Source: Klebsormidium nitens (lineage: Eukaryota > Plantae > Klebsormidiophyceae). From it: DNA of 64,000 nt. The notes below the pieces were generated by a model that saw nothing but the letters and a program-made list of their open reading frames with translations, had not been told where the DNA came from and ran no database searches. Made by a program: the position numbers and the translations under genes. Numbering within the stretch: position 1 is the stretch's first letter; every line of letters begins with the position of its first letter. Below are positions 51,017-62,384 of the stretch, piece by piece. The DNA is taken from contig DF238763.1 in assembly GCA_000708835.1 (NCBI GenBank), positions 1 to 64,000 on the forward strand. The letters are read 5' to 3'.

Positions 51017-54000
51017 ACCTCAAATCAAATGCATTGGATGGATGCCTCGGCAGAAAGGAAAAGAAGGGACGAACTAAATCTCGAAAAGCCGTAGAACAGG
51101 TGATGCCCTAAAACCTACGGATCTCCCATCGGGAAACCGCATGCGTCGATCAGAAACCAAAAGGTGGAATGTTCGACAGACTACTTGGCCAACTGAAACA
51201 TCTAAGTAACCAAAGGAAAAAGAAATCAACCGAGACTCCGTAAGTAGTGGCGAGCGAACGCGGACATTGCTAGCTCTTATTCAACCCCTTAAGAGGCTGA
51301 GAAGCCTTGCCATAGAAGGTCATAGCCCTGTAAGGGTTGAATATTCTGAAGATTTACCAATCTTGAATGAGCAAAGAGCCCATCCCCATAGGGGATTGGA
51401 GCTCATTTTATTTGAGGGGGGACCACCCTCCAAGCAAAGTAATCCTTCTGACCTATAGTGCAATAGTACCGCGAGGGAAAGGTGAAAAAAACTCTGGAAA
51501 GAGGGTGAAAAGATCTGAAATCCAATGCAGACAATCAGTTGAAGGCAATTGCCATATTGGGCAGTGCATGAGTGAGAGCCAGGATTGGCTTGAATCCATT
51601 CTCAATTGCTTACAGCGTACCTTTTGTATAATGGGTCAGCGAGTCAATCTTTACAGCAAGCTTAAGCTCTAAAGTGTAGGCGCAATGAGAAACCATACCA
51701 GTTGTAAGGATTGGACCCGAAATCGATTGAGCTAGCCATGGGCAGGTTGAAGCGGCGCCCGACAGCACGTGGAAGACCGAATTCGTTACTGTGGCAAAAG
51801 TATGAAATGACCTGTGGCTAGGGGTGAAAGGCCTATCAAAATCGAAGATAGCTGGTTTTTTGCGAAATCTATTTAGGTAGAGCGTTCTTCAGCAATCGTG
51901 TTTGTAGGGGGTAGAGCACTCGATGGGCTAGGGTGGCCCAAAGCTTGACCGATCCCAAGGAAACTCCGAATACCTACAAACAATAGAGTGCCCTATTCTC
52001 CTAAAAGAAGCTTGGTAACTTCTTATTGCTATGAGTTCCAATCCCCTAAAGGGATATTCATTTCAATTCAAGAGAGAATAGAGGCCATACGCTGAAAGCA
52101 GACAGACTTTGGGTGATAAGGTCCAAGGTCAAAAGGGAAACAGCCCAGATCGTATGCTAAGGTCCCAAAGCAATCACTTAGTGGAAAAGGTGGTCGCTAG
52201 GCGATTACAACCGGGAGGTGGGCTTGGAAGCAGCCATCCTATTATGACAGCGTAACAGCTCACTGGTCTAGCTTAGCGGCGCCTAAAATGAACCGGGGCT
52301 CAAGTGATTCACCGAAGCAACGAAATTGAATCGAGGGAGCTGATACGATTTTGAAGAATTGTACCGATCTGCGACCCCATTCAATTGGTAGCAAAACGTT
52401 CTATAAGCCCTGTGAAGGCAACTCGTAAGAGATGCTGGAGGCATTAGAAGTGAGAATGCTGACATAAGTAACGATTAATAATGTGCAAAGCATTATCGCC
52501 GAAAGTTCAAGGGTTTCATTGTTCAGTCAATCTGCAATGAGTCAATAAGGCCCCTAAGTTTCATGCTGAAGAGCATTGATCGATGGGTAGGCTGGGAGCG
52601 ACGAAGAGATCGCTGATGGGGCTATTGCCCCCTGCTTCGCTCCACTCCTCTCTGGGGAGTGGGGCTCTGCGCTCAATCATCTTTCTGATACAGAACACGC
52701 GGCAATCGCGCCTTGCAGGAGTGATTTGATTCGAGACAATCCTTTTCCTAGAAACAACTCCAGCCACAACTATACCTTACCCCAAACCGACACAGGTGAA
52801 CAAGTAGAGAATACTAAGGCGTTGGGACAATCACCTTGAAGGAACTCGGCAAAATCACTCCGTAACTTCGGGAGAAGGAGGGCTCTCAAGAGAGAGTGGC
52901 ACAGAATAGGGGGTGGCGGCTGTTTATTAAAAACACAGGACTCTGCAAAGTACCAATACCATGTATAGAGTCTGACACCTGCCCGGTGCTGTAAGGTGAA
53001 TAGGAGAGGTAAGTATGCTTCGAATGAAAGCCCCAGTAAACGGCGGCAGTAACTCTAACTGTCCTAAGGTAGCGAAATTCCTTGACGTATAATTAACGTC
53101 CTGCATGAATGGTGTCACGACTGCCCCGCTGTCTCCAAGGTGAGCCCAGTGAATTTGAATTCTCCGTGAAGATGCGGAGTACCAGCGGCTAGACGGTAAG
53201 ACCCCGTGCACCTTTACTATAGCTTTGCACTGGCCACCCCGGTATGATGTGTAGAATAGGTGGGACCATACAATTGGGATCGTGAAATACCATCCTTTAT
53301 TCTGGGGGGGTCTAACTATAAGAATGTAGGACCTTGCATAGTTGGTAGTTTCCCTGGGGAGGGGTTCTCCTAAAGAGTAACGGAGAAGTGTGAAGGTAAG
53401 CTCAAGCTGTGCTTGCGCGCAGCTGTAGAGCGTAATGGTACAAGCTTGCCTGACTGTAAGACCTACAAGTCGAACAGAGACGAAAGTCGGCCATAGTGAT
53501 CCGGGGGCCCCGTGTGGAAGGGCCCTCGCTCAACGAATCAAAGGTACGCCGGGGATAACAGGCTAATGACCCCCAAGAGCCCATATCGACGGGGTCGTTT
53601 GGCACCTCGATGTCGACTCATCACATCCTGGGGGTGAAGAAGCTCCCAAGGGTTCGGTTGTTCGCCGATGAAAGTGGTACGTGAGTTGGGTTTAGAACGT
53701 CGTGAGACAGTTTGGTTCCTATCTACCGTTGGAGGAACATCATAGCTGCAGAGCCTTCCCTTCAAAAGGTGGCTCATTGTGCGCTGTTGATGAAAAAAGA
53801 ATTGAGAGGCGCTGCCCTTAGTACGAGAGGACCGGGGCAGGTAAACCTCTAGTGTACTGACTGTCGCACCAGCGGCATCGCCAGGAAGCCACGTTTGCAC
53901 GGGAGAACTGCTGAAAGCATATAAGCGGGAAACCTTTCTCTATACAAGTTCTTAGAATCGGTGAAAGACTCTCACCTTAATAGGCGCATGGTGCAAGTGC

Positions 54001-54040
54001 TGAAAGGCACGAAGCTTTTGCGTACTAATCTGATCGAATC
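51017..54040 (+). rRNA. rnl: Large subunit rRNA (ends approximate; no intron seen)
   Basis: GGATGGATGCCTCGG, GAAACATCTAAGTA, GGGATAACAGGCT, sarcin-ricin loop CTTAGTACGAGAGGACC. Confidence 0.96.
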
Positions 54041-54399
54041 CAATAAAAAATTCAAAATCGTATAAGATCTTTCTTTCAAAACAATCGAATGAAATAAAAA
54101 AAGAGATTTTTTTGAATGAAATCACTCTCAAAAAGGAGTGCAATGAAATCACTGATGGGGCTATTGCGCCCTACTTCGCTCCAATCTCCTTCGGAGAGAG
54201 GCTCTTCGCTCCACTGCCAGAGAGTGGCTCTTCGCTCCCTCTCGGCAGTGCAATGAAATGGGGGTCTAACGCCCCACTAAAAGTCATAAAAAAGATTCAA
54301 ACTGGGTTTGGATGGTTTTCTTTCAATCTATCCTTTTTTGGGATTGAAAGCAACCCCTCGTTCGGCTTCTTCAATCATTTCTTTGAAAGAAAAAGAGAT

Positions 54400-54567
54400 C
54401 CAAACTTTTAATTTTAAAAAGTGTGGCTCTTCGCTCCAAACTTTTAATTTTAAAAAGTGTGGCTCTTCGCTCCAAACTTTTAATTTTAAAAAGTGTGGCT
54501 CTTCGCTCCAAACTTTTAAAAAGTGTGGCTCTTCGCTCCAAACTTTTAAAAAGTGTGGCTCTTCGCT
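54400..54567. repeat. Tandem array, 3 x 36 nt plus 2 x 30 nt (CCAAACTTTT[AATTTT]AAAAAGTGTGGCTCTTCGCT)
   Basis: Direct reading. Confidence 0.93.
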
Positions 54568-54666
54568 CCAAATAGAAGATTGCCCATTCCCGGCATCCCC
54601 GCCGCATATAAGCAACCAATCAAAGGTCATCGTTTTCAAAAATTGACAATCAATAAAAAAATTCAA

Positions 54667-54891
54667 ATGTTAGAAGGAGCAAAATTAATCGGAGCAGGCT
54701 GTGCAACTATTGCATTAGCCGGAGCAGCAGTTGGCATTGGAAATGTGTTTAGTTCTCTAATCACTTCAGTTGCTAGAAATCCTTCATTGGCGAAGCAGTT
54801 GTTTGGGTATGCAATCTTAGGATTCGCATTAACCGAAGCTATTGCTCTTTTCGCTCTAATGATGGCTTTCCTAATCTTATTCGTATTCTAA
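54667..54891 (+). CDS. atp9: ATP synthase subunit c
   Basis: [11 protein letters not shown]...ARNP...LTEAIALF. Confidence 0.99.
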   Translation: MLEGAKLIGAGCATIALAGAAVGIGNVFSSLITSVARNPSLAKQLFGYAILGFALTEAIALFALMMAFLILFVF

Positions 54892-56167
54892 ACCGGGTAC
54901 CTTTAAGGTATTGAAGACAAGAAGGAAAGCTTCTTCTTGAAGCACTCCTCGCAATACAAAGAATTCATTTCTAATTTGCAAAAGCTCTCTCAACGCTTTT
55001 TTAAACGGGGTTGCACAACGTCTAACTCCCTGCAGTTGTATTTCTGTTGTGCAACCCTCCCTTCATAGGGTTGATTGTATCGAAAGACCCACCCTATTCC
55101 CATTCAATTTTTTAACAGCGCACAAGAAAAAGCCTAATCTTTCAAAAAAGGGTAAGGCGAATTACTTGAGTTGTCCTTCTCTTCTCTATCAGCCACGGCA
55201 TGCCTTTACAAGAGCGTTCATTCTTGAATACGCTTGCCTATTAGAAAAACTTTTTTGTTTAGACTGACTAAGCTCTAATGGATTCTCCTAAAATTGCTTT
55301 TTCTTTGCCCGCTCTTTCTTGTTTGCATTGAATTTTTTTTAAACTTTGAGAATTGAGAGAAAACAAGATTTTGTTCACCTATCTGGTGTTCCGTTTTCTC
55401 TTTTTATATTAAAGCGTATTACTGATGCATTTAGATCCAATACCTTTTGAAGCCTTATTAATAAATTACTGGCAGTCGCTAAACATAAGGCTTTAATAAG
55501 AATTGAGGAGCGAAGATAAAAAAAAAAACTTTTTTTTCAGCGAAGAGCCTCTCTCCGGAGGATTTTCTGTTATTCCATACTAAAAGAGGGTTAACCTTTT
55601 TTCATTTGACTCTATTGTATACCAATCAAAATGTTATAGAGGGAAGTGAATGAAAAGAAAAATGGCACATAAATCACGAAAACAAAGTTTCAACAAAAGA
55701 AAGCAAGGTTTCAACAAATGAAGGGAAGGAGCCGCATGCAAGGTTTTGTGCGAGTGGCAGAGAATGAAAGTTCAACAAAGGTAGATTCAGCCAAAGAATA
55801 TTTCAAAGCTTTAAACGCTCGTATTTATACTGCAACAATTCCCGAGCTTCTGAAGTGGCTGTTTCAACAAAAAAATCGTTCAATAAGATGGTTTCTAAGC
55901 ACATTTATTTTGCTATCTTAAGAAATGCATTGTTTTGAACGAGTAAGGGTGAGTGGAAGGTTCCAAACCCCTACGGGGATAGGCTCTTAGTGGGGCTAAA
56001 GCCCCCCATTTCATTTGACTTCCTGCCGCGAGTGACTTCGTTAGTGGAGCTAGCGCCGCCAATTTCATTCAAAAAAATTTCTTTTTTGATTTCATTCCAC
56101 TCCCGGAGAGGGGGTGATTTCATTCAAAAAAATCTCTTTTTTTATTTCATTCCACTTTCTTTTTGGA

Positions 56168-56257
56168 GGAGCGAAGAGCCTCTCTCCGAAGGAGATTGGA
56201 GCGAAGAGCCTCTCTCCGAAGGAGATTGGAGCGAAGAGCCTCTCTCCGAAGGAGATT
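56168..56257. repeat. Tandem array, 3 x 30-nt unit GGAGCGAAGAGCCTCTCTCCGAAGGAGATT
   Basis: Direct reading. Confidence 0.93.
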
Positions 56258-56971
56258 GGAGCGAAGATAAAAAAAACACTTTTTTTTCAGCGAAGAGCCA
56301 CTGCCCTCCAGGGAGTGGAGCGGAGCAGGGGGCAATAGCCCCATCAGCGATTCTATTCCTTTTTTAAAGGCTACTTGCAAACTTTTTTCAACCCGCCTTC
56401 TTATGAAAGATGAAAGCAAGCCAACGCATCAATCATTTCTACGACGGCTGATCCTTCGATGAAGGCAGACTCTGTTTCCATGTTTAGGATGAGTCTTTCT
56501 TAAAAAAAGCAATGCTCACTCGGTCAATTTTTCAATCATTCTAGCCTTTCAATCGGAAAGAGTTTTATAAAAAAAAATTCTTTCTCTTTATTGATTTGAA
56601 AATTTTTGTAGAAGTCTGCTTTCTGAGCCAATAAAAACTTGCCGCTACGATTAGGGTCGAAGAAACTATTGGTGAACCAATCCTTTCGAGAATGATAAAA
56701 AATGATCAAGTTTGCCCTTTCCGCTCTTTGTTTTTTGAATAATGAGAGAAAGAGAATCAGTAACCCCCGCGGTTTTTTTTGAACCGCCCAGGGTTTAAGC
56801 GAATTAGGGCGCTGTTTCTATCTAAACCACAGGTTTTTACATAACGCTATAGTTGACGGGTACTCAATCTAGTGGTTTGCTAAAAGCTGTGCTTTACGTT
56901 CTTGTAGCTTATTGACTAAAGCTGGGCATTTGAAGAGCTATTAAAAACTACATCCTTTAGCTACTAACTAT

Positions 56972-57012
56972 AGCAATCATGCCTTTTAAGGCTTCTTAAA
57001 GGCATGATTGCT
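56972..57012. terminator. 18-bp inverted repeat AGCAATCATGCCTTT(T)AAG-gctt-CTTAAAGGCATGATTGCT just downstream of the recombinase gene
   Basis: Near-perfect stem with one bulged T; function as terminator or processing stem is inferred. Confidence 0.4.
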
Positions 57013-57074
57013 TTGTTTAATTGATATAGAATGTATCTTGTTGAAACTTTTAAATAACTTGGCGCTCTTAGCTC

Positions 57075-57794
57075 TTATTCGGTAGGTTTGACAGACTTTT
57101 GATTGTCTTTATTGTTTGTGTTTAAAGCCGTTTCTACAATTTGGCTAATGGCTTTTGGATCTACAACGAAACGGTCATAACGTTCAGTAGTTCTTATGTC
57201 TTTATGACCTACAATTGTTTTGACGTTTTGCAATGGGACAACCCTTAAAAGTCTTGGAATGGAATTGATCCGGAATGAATGACTCGTTAAAATGAGATTA
57301 AACTTTGAAATTGCAGGTTGCATAAAGCGATTAATGGAGCGAATCCACTGATCTTTGCTTATTTGTTTTGTTGAATTCTCGGCGCTAGCGAGTGGTTTAT
57401 TATATTGCTGCCTAAAGACTGTTTGAATATCAAGGTCGAGCTTTTCTAGCATTTCTTTTGCGCTTTTTGTGAGAACAACAACCCTATACTTGCCGGTTTT
57501 TGATTGGGAAACCTGAAATGATCCGTGTCGCAAACCAGATTCAATATCTTTGAGTGTAAGCGACGCTGCATCGCTAGCACGTAAGCCTAAAAATCTTAAA
57601 AGAGTAATAGCTATTCTAGCTCTTGCCCAAACATATCTATTAATGTACAACGCTCTTTTCAAAGACATTAAGAAGTCATAAACAGACTCTGAAGCAGGAT
57701 CCCGCAATGGCATTTCTTTCCGAACAGTTCGCTTTGGTTTTGTTTCCAATCGTTGCTGTATTTGTTCTAAACGATTGATTCTTTTATCATTCAC
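57075..57794 (-). CDS. Tyrosine recombinase/integrase, apparently intact (GTG start)
   Basis: GLRASD (Arg), KTGK (Lys), HSFR (His-x-x-Arg), VGHKDIRTTERY (His, catalytic Tyr). Confidence 0.92.
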   Translation of the reverse strand: MNDKRINRLEQIQQRLETKPKRTVRKEMPLRDPASESVYDFLMSLKRALYINRYVWARARIAITLLRFLGLRASDAASLTLKDIESGLRHGSFQVSQSKTGKYRVVVLTKSAKEMLEKLDLDIQTVFRQQYNKPLASAENSTKQISKDQWIRSINRFMQPAISKFNLILTSHSFRINSIPRLLRVVPLQNVKTIVGHKDIRTTERYDRFVVDPKAISQIVETALNTNNKDNQKSVKPTE

Positions 57795-58116
57795 TCCCTT
57801 TTGTTTTATAGCTCTCGGAGCTGCTTGCTATAGCTGAATAACGCTTTGTTTTTCTTAAACGATTCTTAGGAGACCTATTTGTTGGTTCCCACGCTTCAGT
57901 AGCTTCTTTCTTCAATTTATGGATTTGAGTTGAAAGAATGTGGGGAACTTCACCTTTCTTTCTATTCCAATGAGCAACAACTTTAGGTGCTTTATGCTTT
58001 TGTTGTGTTAGTGCTAAGTGCAATTGAGTAGGTGGGACATTTTGAAGTGTAGTTCCTTTCAAATCCTCATTAAAGGAATGTATCTTTTCTTTTAAGAAAT
58101 TATCTGCTTGCCTCAT
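57787..58116 (-). CDS. orf109; resembles the tail of an rve integrase and is probably the detached 5' part of the recombinase gene
   Basis: NFLKEKIHSFNEDLKGTTLQNVPPTQLHLAL aligns by eye with SFVQQAIEKYNSKPHRHLEGLSPNQMEEAL of the opposite-strand gene. Confidence 0.45.
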   Translation of the reverse strand: MRQADNFLKEKIHSFNEDLKGTTLQNVPPTQLHLALTQQKHKAPKVVAHWNRKKGEVPHILSTQIHKLKKEATEAWEPTNRSPKNRLRKTKRYSAIASSSESYKTKGSE

Positions 58117-58176
58117 AGATTGAAATGTTAGCGTCCACTTGCCCGCCTTTCTAATTTGCTATTTGAATGTTTTTAA

Positions 58177-59696
58177 ATGACTATTCAAATGAATGAAAAC
58201 AAAAACGAAGTTAGGAACTTAATAATGCAAAAGTATATCTCGATTCGTACAAATTATGCTATTTGTATGGATATAACGAATTTAGGCGTCTATGGTCAAT
58301 TGGTTGTAGCAGTAGATATGGCAGCAAGACATATTGTAGGCCATTGGTATCATAATGAGGCGATTACTACTGAGCATGTTTGTCAGACTCTAACACAACT
58401 AACCAAAAAAAGAAGTTTTTTGCCTAAGATAGAGATTATACAAACGAACCGGGGATCTATTTTCACTAACCCAGAGTATTATGATTGTATAGATCAATAC
58501 AAAATACTAAAGAGTAAAGGATCTTCTAAGGGACATCAAAATCAAGTAGTTGAAAGACTTTTTAGAACCCTTCAAAGCATACTGCGCGTGCTCATTTGTC
58601 CTGGTTGGAAACAAAAAGACCCAGATCCACTCAAGCAACTCCAGTTCTCTTCCCAAGAGATGGCTTCCTTTGTTCAGCAAGCGATTGAAAAATATAACTC
58701 AAAGCCCCATAGGCACCTAGAGGGGCTTTCACCCAATCAAATGGAAGAAGCTCTCTTTTTAAAGCATGGTAACGAACACCCCCAAGAGCCTACCCAATTG
58801 ATTGTAAAAAATGAGAACTCTTTGCTTGCTCAAGAAGCCATCGAATATAGAAGGCAGGTTGCTCAGCAATTGAAAGGTGACTGGTTACGCTTTTTTATAG
58901 AATGGAAAAAGGATCAAGAGAAACTTCAAAAACAAGTTATAAACCAAATTGAACAAAGGAAAGAGCAAGTTATTGCCCGCCTTACCCAAACCGCCAAAGA
59001 AGCTGAAGCACGTGCCGAAGAGATTCAAAGCCAATACAAGGTCTCGTAAACATCTCGAGACACAGCAAAAAATTCACTACTTAAGCGAACAAGCTCAAGC
59101 TGCGCAACGAGAAAAACAAGAGAAAGAGCAAAGAAAGCTTAAAAAGAAGCAAGCTAAAAAGCAAGAAATAAGGCAAACCGTCTCCGCTGAGGAGTTTGAG
59201 TTTATTATAACTCTTGTTAAGTGTAGGGGAAATGCTAGACCTCGAAGGCGCTTAGCACTCGTACTCCTTTTTCTTACCGGATTAAGAGTTTCTAATTGAC
59301 TTCTCTTTAAAGTAGCCCATGGCAGTGAGTTATTCGAAAAGGGCAACACCCACATACCCCTTATTAAAGGCGGCGAAACTCAATATCCACTTCAATTAAG
59401 CGCTAAAGGGAGCAAAATGCTGCTTCAGTTTAAAGACGATTTTCTTGAGCTTTCTAAGCATAAAAGTGGTCATATGCTCCTTTTCACTACAGCAAAAGAC
59501 TTTAGTAAACCTATTGCTAGGGAAAACTTTGATAAAGAGCTCAATAAGATACTAGCCATAGCTTCTGCTCAACTTGAAAAGCATCTTAGAACTCATAGTT
59601 TTAGAGCGACTATTATTGCTAAGTTATTAAAGTATACGGAAAGGCATGTCGTGGCTTCTATGAGACACTAGTCCCAGTACACGCGTTTATGTGTAA
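58177..59696 (+). pseudogene. Fused DDE (rve) integrase - coiled coil - tyrosine recombinase gene, decayed
   Basis: rve core MDIT / TNRGS (D to N) / VVERLF and YN..PH..L..SP; frameshift near 59040; TGLRVSN then TGA 59297; HSFR; TAG 59669 and a frameshift before STRVY (catalytic Tyr at 59688). Confidence 0.85.
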
Positions 59697-59882
59697 GGCG
59701 CTAGTCTTCCCAAAACCCTCCCGAATAACGTTTTCAAACGGGTAAATACCCCTCAATAAATTATCCAATTGTGATACGTTTTCGCGGGTTTCGTTGAATC
59801 TCGTCGATTTTTAGGGGTAGTGGGTGCATATTTTCAATAAAGCCCGAGAAGAAACGAAACCTTAATAATTTTATAAAAAAAA

Positions 59883-61110
59883 ATGAGCAGACCTTTATAT
59901 AACACATACAATGAGAATAGCTTTGAGCGCCTAGGATCATCGAATTCGCTAATTGATACATTCTCAGAACTTGAAGTGGGTCGGGAGGTGTACTTTCGTA
60001 CCTACGTAAAGTTTCGTCGTCCTTTGACGCTAGTCCATAGTCAAATGTTCACCCCAGAGTTGGGCGCGCTGTCGTTGTTGGAGTTAAGCAGCGATAGCGA
60101 CTGCTTATTTACTTCGTTAGTAAACGCGGGGTTGGGGAGTCAATTGATTAATCATTTTGCCGAATGTGAAAGCTCCGGGATGGATTCTACCGATTTAGAG
60201 ACTGGCGATGTGCTAATGGAAAGAATTTTTCGGAATGTTAATCAAGGAAAGGGAGGTCATTTGTCTGAGAAAGGTCTTTGTTCAGAGTCAAACACCCTTT
60301 ACAAGTTGAAAAGCGGTATAAGAGATTTGCATCGTGTTTTGAAATTCGATAAAAAGTTTTTGGCTAACATTCTTGAGGGTCTTAAGTCTGGGTTGTGTAA
60401 GCTTGCTCGGGTGGATCTATGTATAGACCTAAGCGAGGACATTATGCCTTACGTTTCCCATGGCATAAAAACGGGTCAATATAAATGGGCGGCACCCCTT
60501 TGCTTTCGGTTGGTTGGCGGGTGAACGGGTAGAGGGCGCTGCGGGGCGCAATAGTAAACTTTTTAAAGATTTTGAGAATAAGCAGTTGATTCTAGATTCG
60601 GTATATTTTGGCAATTCTAGAAAAAGCGATGAAGTTGCTGTGTTTTATAACAGGCGAGAGGAGCGTAAAGACAGAGCTGAGTCGAGCTGGGCGCCAAGAA
60701 GTAGGGTAGAAGTTCGCATATATCCTCGCACAGAAGAAACTGAGAAGGTCGCAATCTCAATTTTGGAAAGTTATTTGGATGAGACAAATGGTTGGCGCGC
60801 ACGAATCCCGCACTTTGGAGAAGTGCTTTGCCGATGCGTAATGTTTACTACAAAGAGGCGCCCCGCATCCCCGCTAGACTTGAAAGATGTGGCTCCCTGG
60901 TGGCAGTTGCTTTTACGTACGCTGATGGTTGGTTCAAAAGACTTTGAGTTTCCAAATGAAAAAGGCTTGTTAGAGTCCAATACTACGCAGCGGGGGGTTA
61001 CGGGCTTTCTGCCTACCATAGAAATGCCTAAAAAGGGCAGGGGGCGCCTTAAAAGTTCAAAAGACAAAAACACACGTAAGTCAGGCTCAGGCCGCAAAAA
61101 AAATTTCTAG
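59883..61110 (+). pseudogene. Rep_trans-like rolling-circle replication initiator/relaxase with one frameshift near 60486
   Basis: LARVDLCID (RxDLAxD-like), DSVYFGNSRKS (TxYxGSRxS-like), FYNR (catalytic Tyr), W...RVEVR. Confidence 0.6.
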
Positions 61111-61500
61111 ATAGACACTCGATTCAAGCATATAACTGATTCTTCTTTTGAAAGTGGGCTTTATAAAAGATTCTATAAAAAAAGGAGGAAAGCGATAGTC
61201 TTTTTTGTAAGAGGGATAGTCTTTCTTGAGCGCCTAACAAAATGATTTGAAGAAAATTTTGATGAAAACCCTTGCAAAAAGGATAGTCTATATGTTTAAA
61301 ACGGGTAGTCTATCTGATTTTAGTCGCGTAAACCATTTCATCCTTTTTCTTGTTTAATAGTAAAACCTTAATAGTTTTCAGTAGCTAAAATTGGATGAAT
61401 TTTTTAGGCGGGATTGTCTTTTAGAAGATGCCCTTCATTTACGGGTGTAAAAAAGCAAAGTTGATTGTAATTTCCCTAACAAGATTCGTTTATTTGGAGA

Positions 61501-62013
61501 TTAGTAGATTAGTGGATAAAGGTGGTGTAGCTTCTTTCCTTGTATCCCTTGAATAGGGGAGAGGGTGCAGGGAGGGGGCGCTCCTCTTCCCCGCGCGGGT
61601 TGGTTGATTGTGTAGTTCCTCGTTAACTTTCCTAGAAGCTTCAATAAACTCGTTTCTTTCTTCTTGGTTGTATGGGGGGTTGCTTGCGCATCGGGGGTGA
61701 GGGGGTGCAAGAGAGATGAGGGGTGACCCCCTCCTACCCCCCACCCTAGTGAGTGGTGAATTATTAAAAAAGAGAGCAAGGGTTTGATTGTGGTGCCTTG
61801 AACCGCGAGGGGTGTTTCGCTTGTCGCCCGGGGGGCTTGCTCTTCTATATAGTTTCTGGCTGCAAGATCTGGGGCAGGGTATAGACGAACTACCTTGTTT
61901 CCCATAATAATAGCCTGGTCAGGTTTGAACTGCTCAAACGAGGGGTTGTTTCTCGTTGCTGGGTCTATCGTGTAAACTCCGCAATCCAAATCACACTTTT
62001 CATTTGAAGCCAA
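61501..62013 (-). CDS. Hypothetical protein orf170 (TTG start, GC-richer island DNA)
   Basis: 513-nt ORF with no recognised motif. Confidence 0.3.
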   Translation of the reverse strand: MASNEKCDLDCGVYTIDPATRNNPSFEQFKPDQAIIMGNKVVRLYPAPDLAARNYIEEQAPRATSETPLAVQGTTIKPLLSFLIIHHSLGWGVGGGHPSSLLHPLTPDAQATPHTTKKKETSLLKLLGKLTRNYTINQPARGRGAPPPCTLSPIQGIQGKKLHHLYPLIY

Positions 62014-62384
62014 GAGGCTAAAAAAACAACATTCTCCCTTTCAAGTTTGCACGTTGTCGTAAACAATTTTTCAATTCCTGAGCCTACAGCCTAATTGTCA
62101 AAATGCTTTTGAACAAAAGAATAAAGAATCCGTTCGATTTTTATGAATACTATGTTCCGTGTTTTTCAAGGTATTAAAAAAAGAACATGCTTTCTATGGT
62201 TTTATAAAAGATTAGAACTATGGCTATGCGAAAAAAGAACAAGATTCTCCTATCAATTGAAAACAACGGCAGGCTATGCGTGTAATAAAGATAGCACTCT
62301 TCTAATTCTTTTATTCAATAATCTAATTGCATTTTATTCAATTCAATTAGAGTCTTCTCTATCATAGATTTTGAAAATACAGAC

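Noticed and set aside
54308-54891. Several 80-112 aa ORFs around 54.3-54.7 kb and the N-terminal extension of atp9
   Set aside because: Derived from the 36/30-nt tandem array; the true atp9 start is ATG 54667
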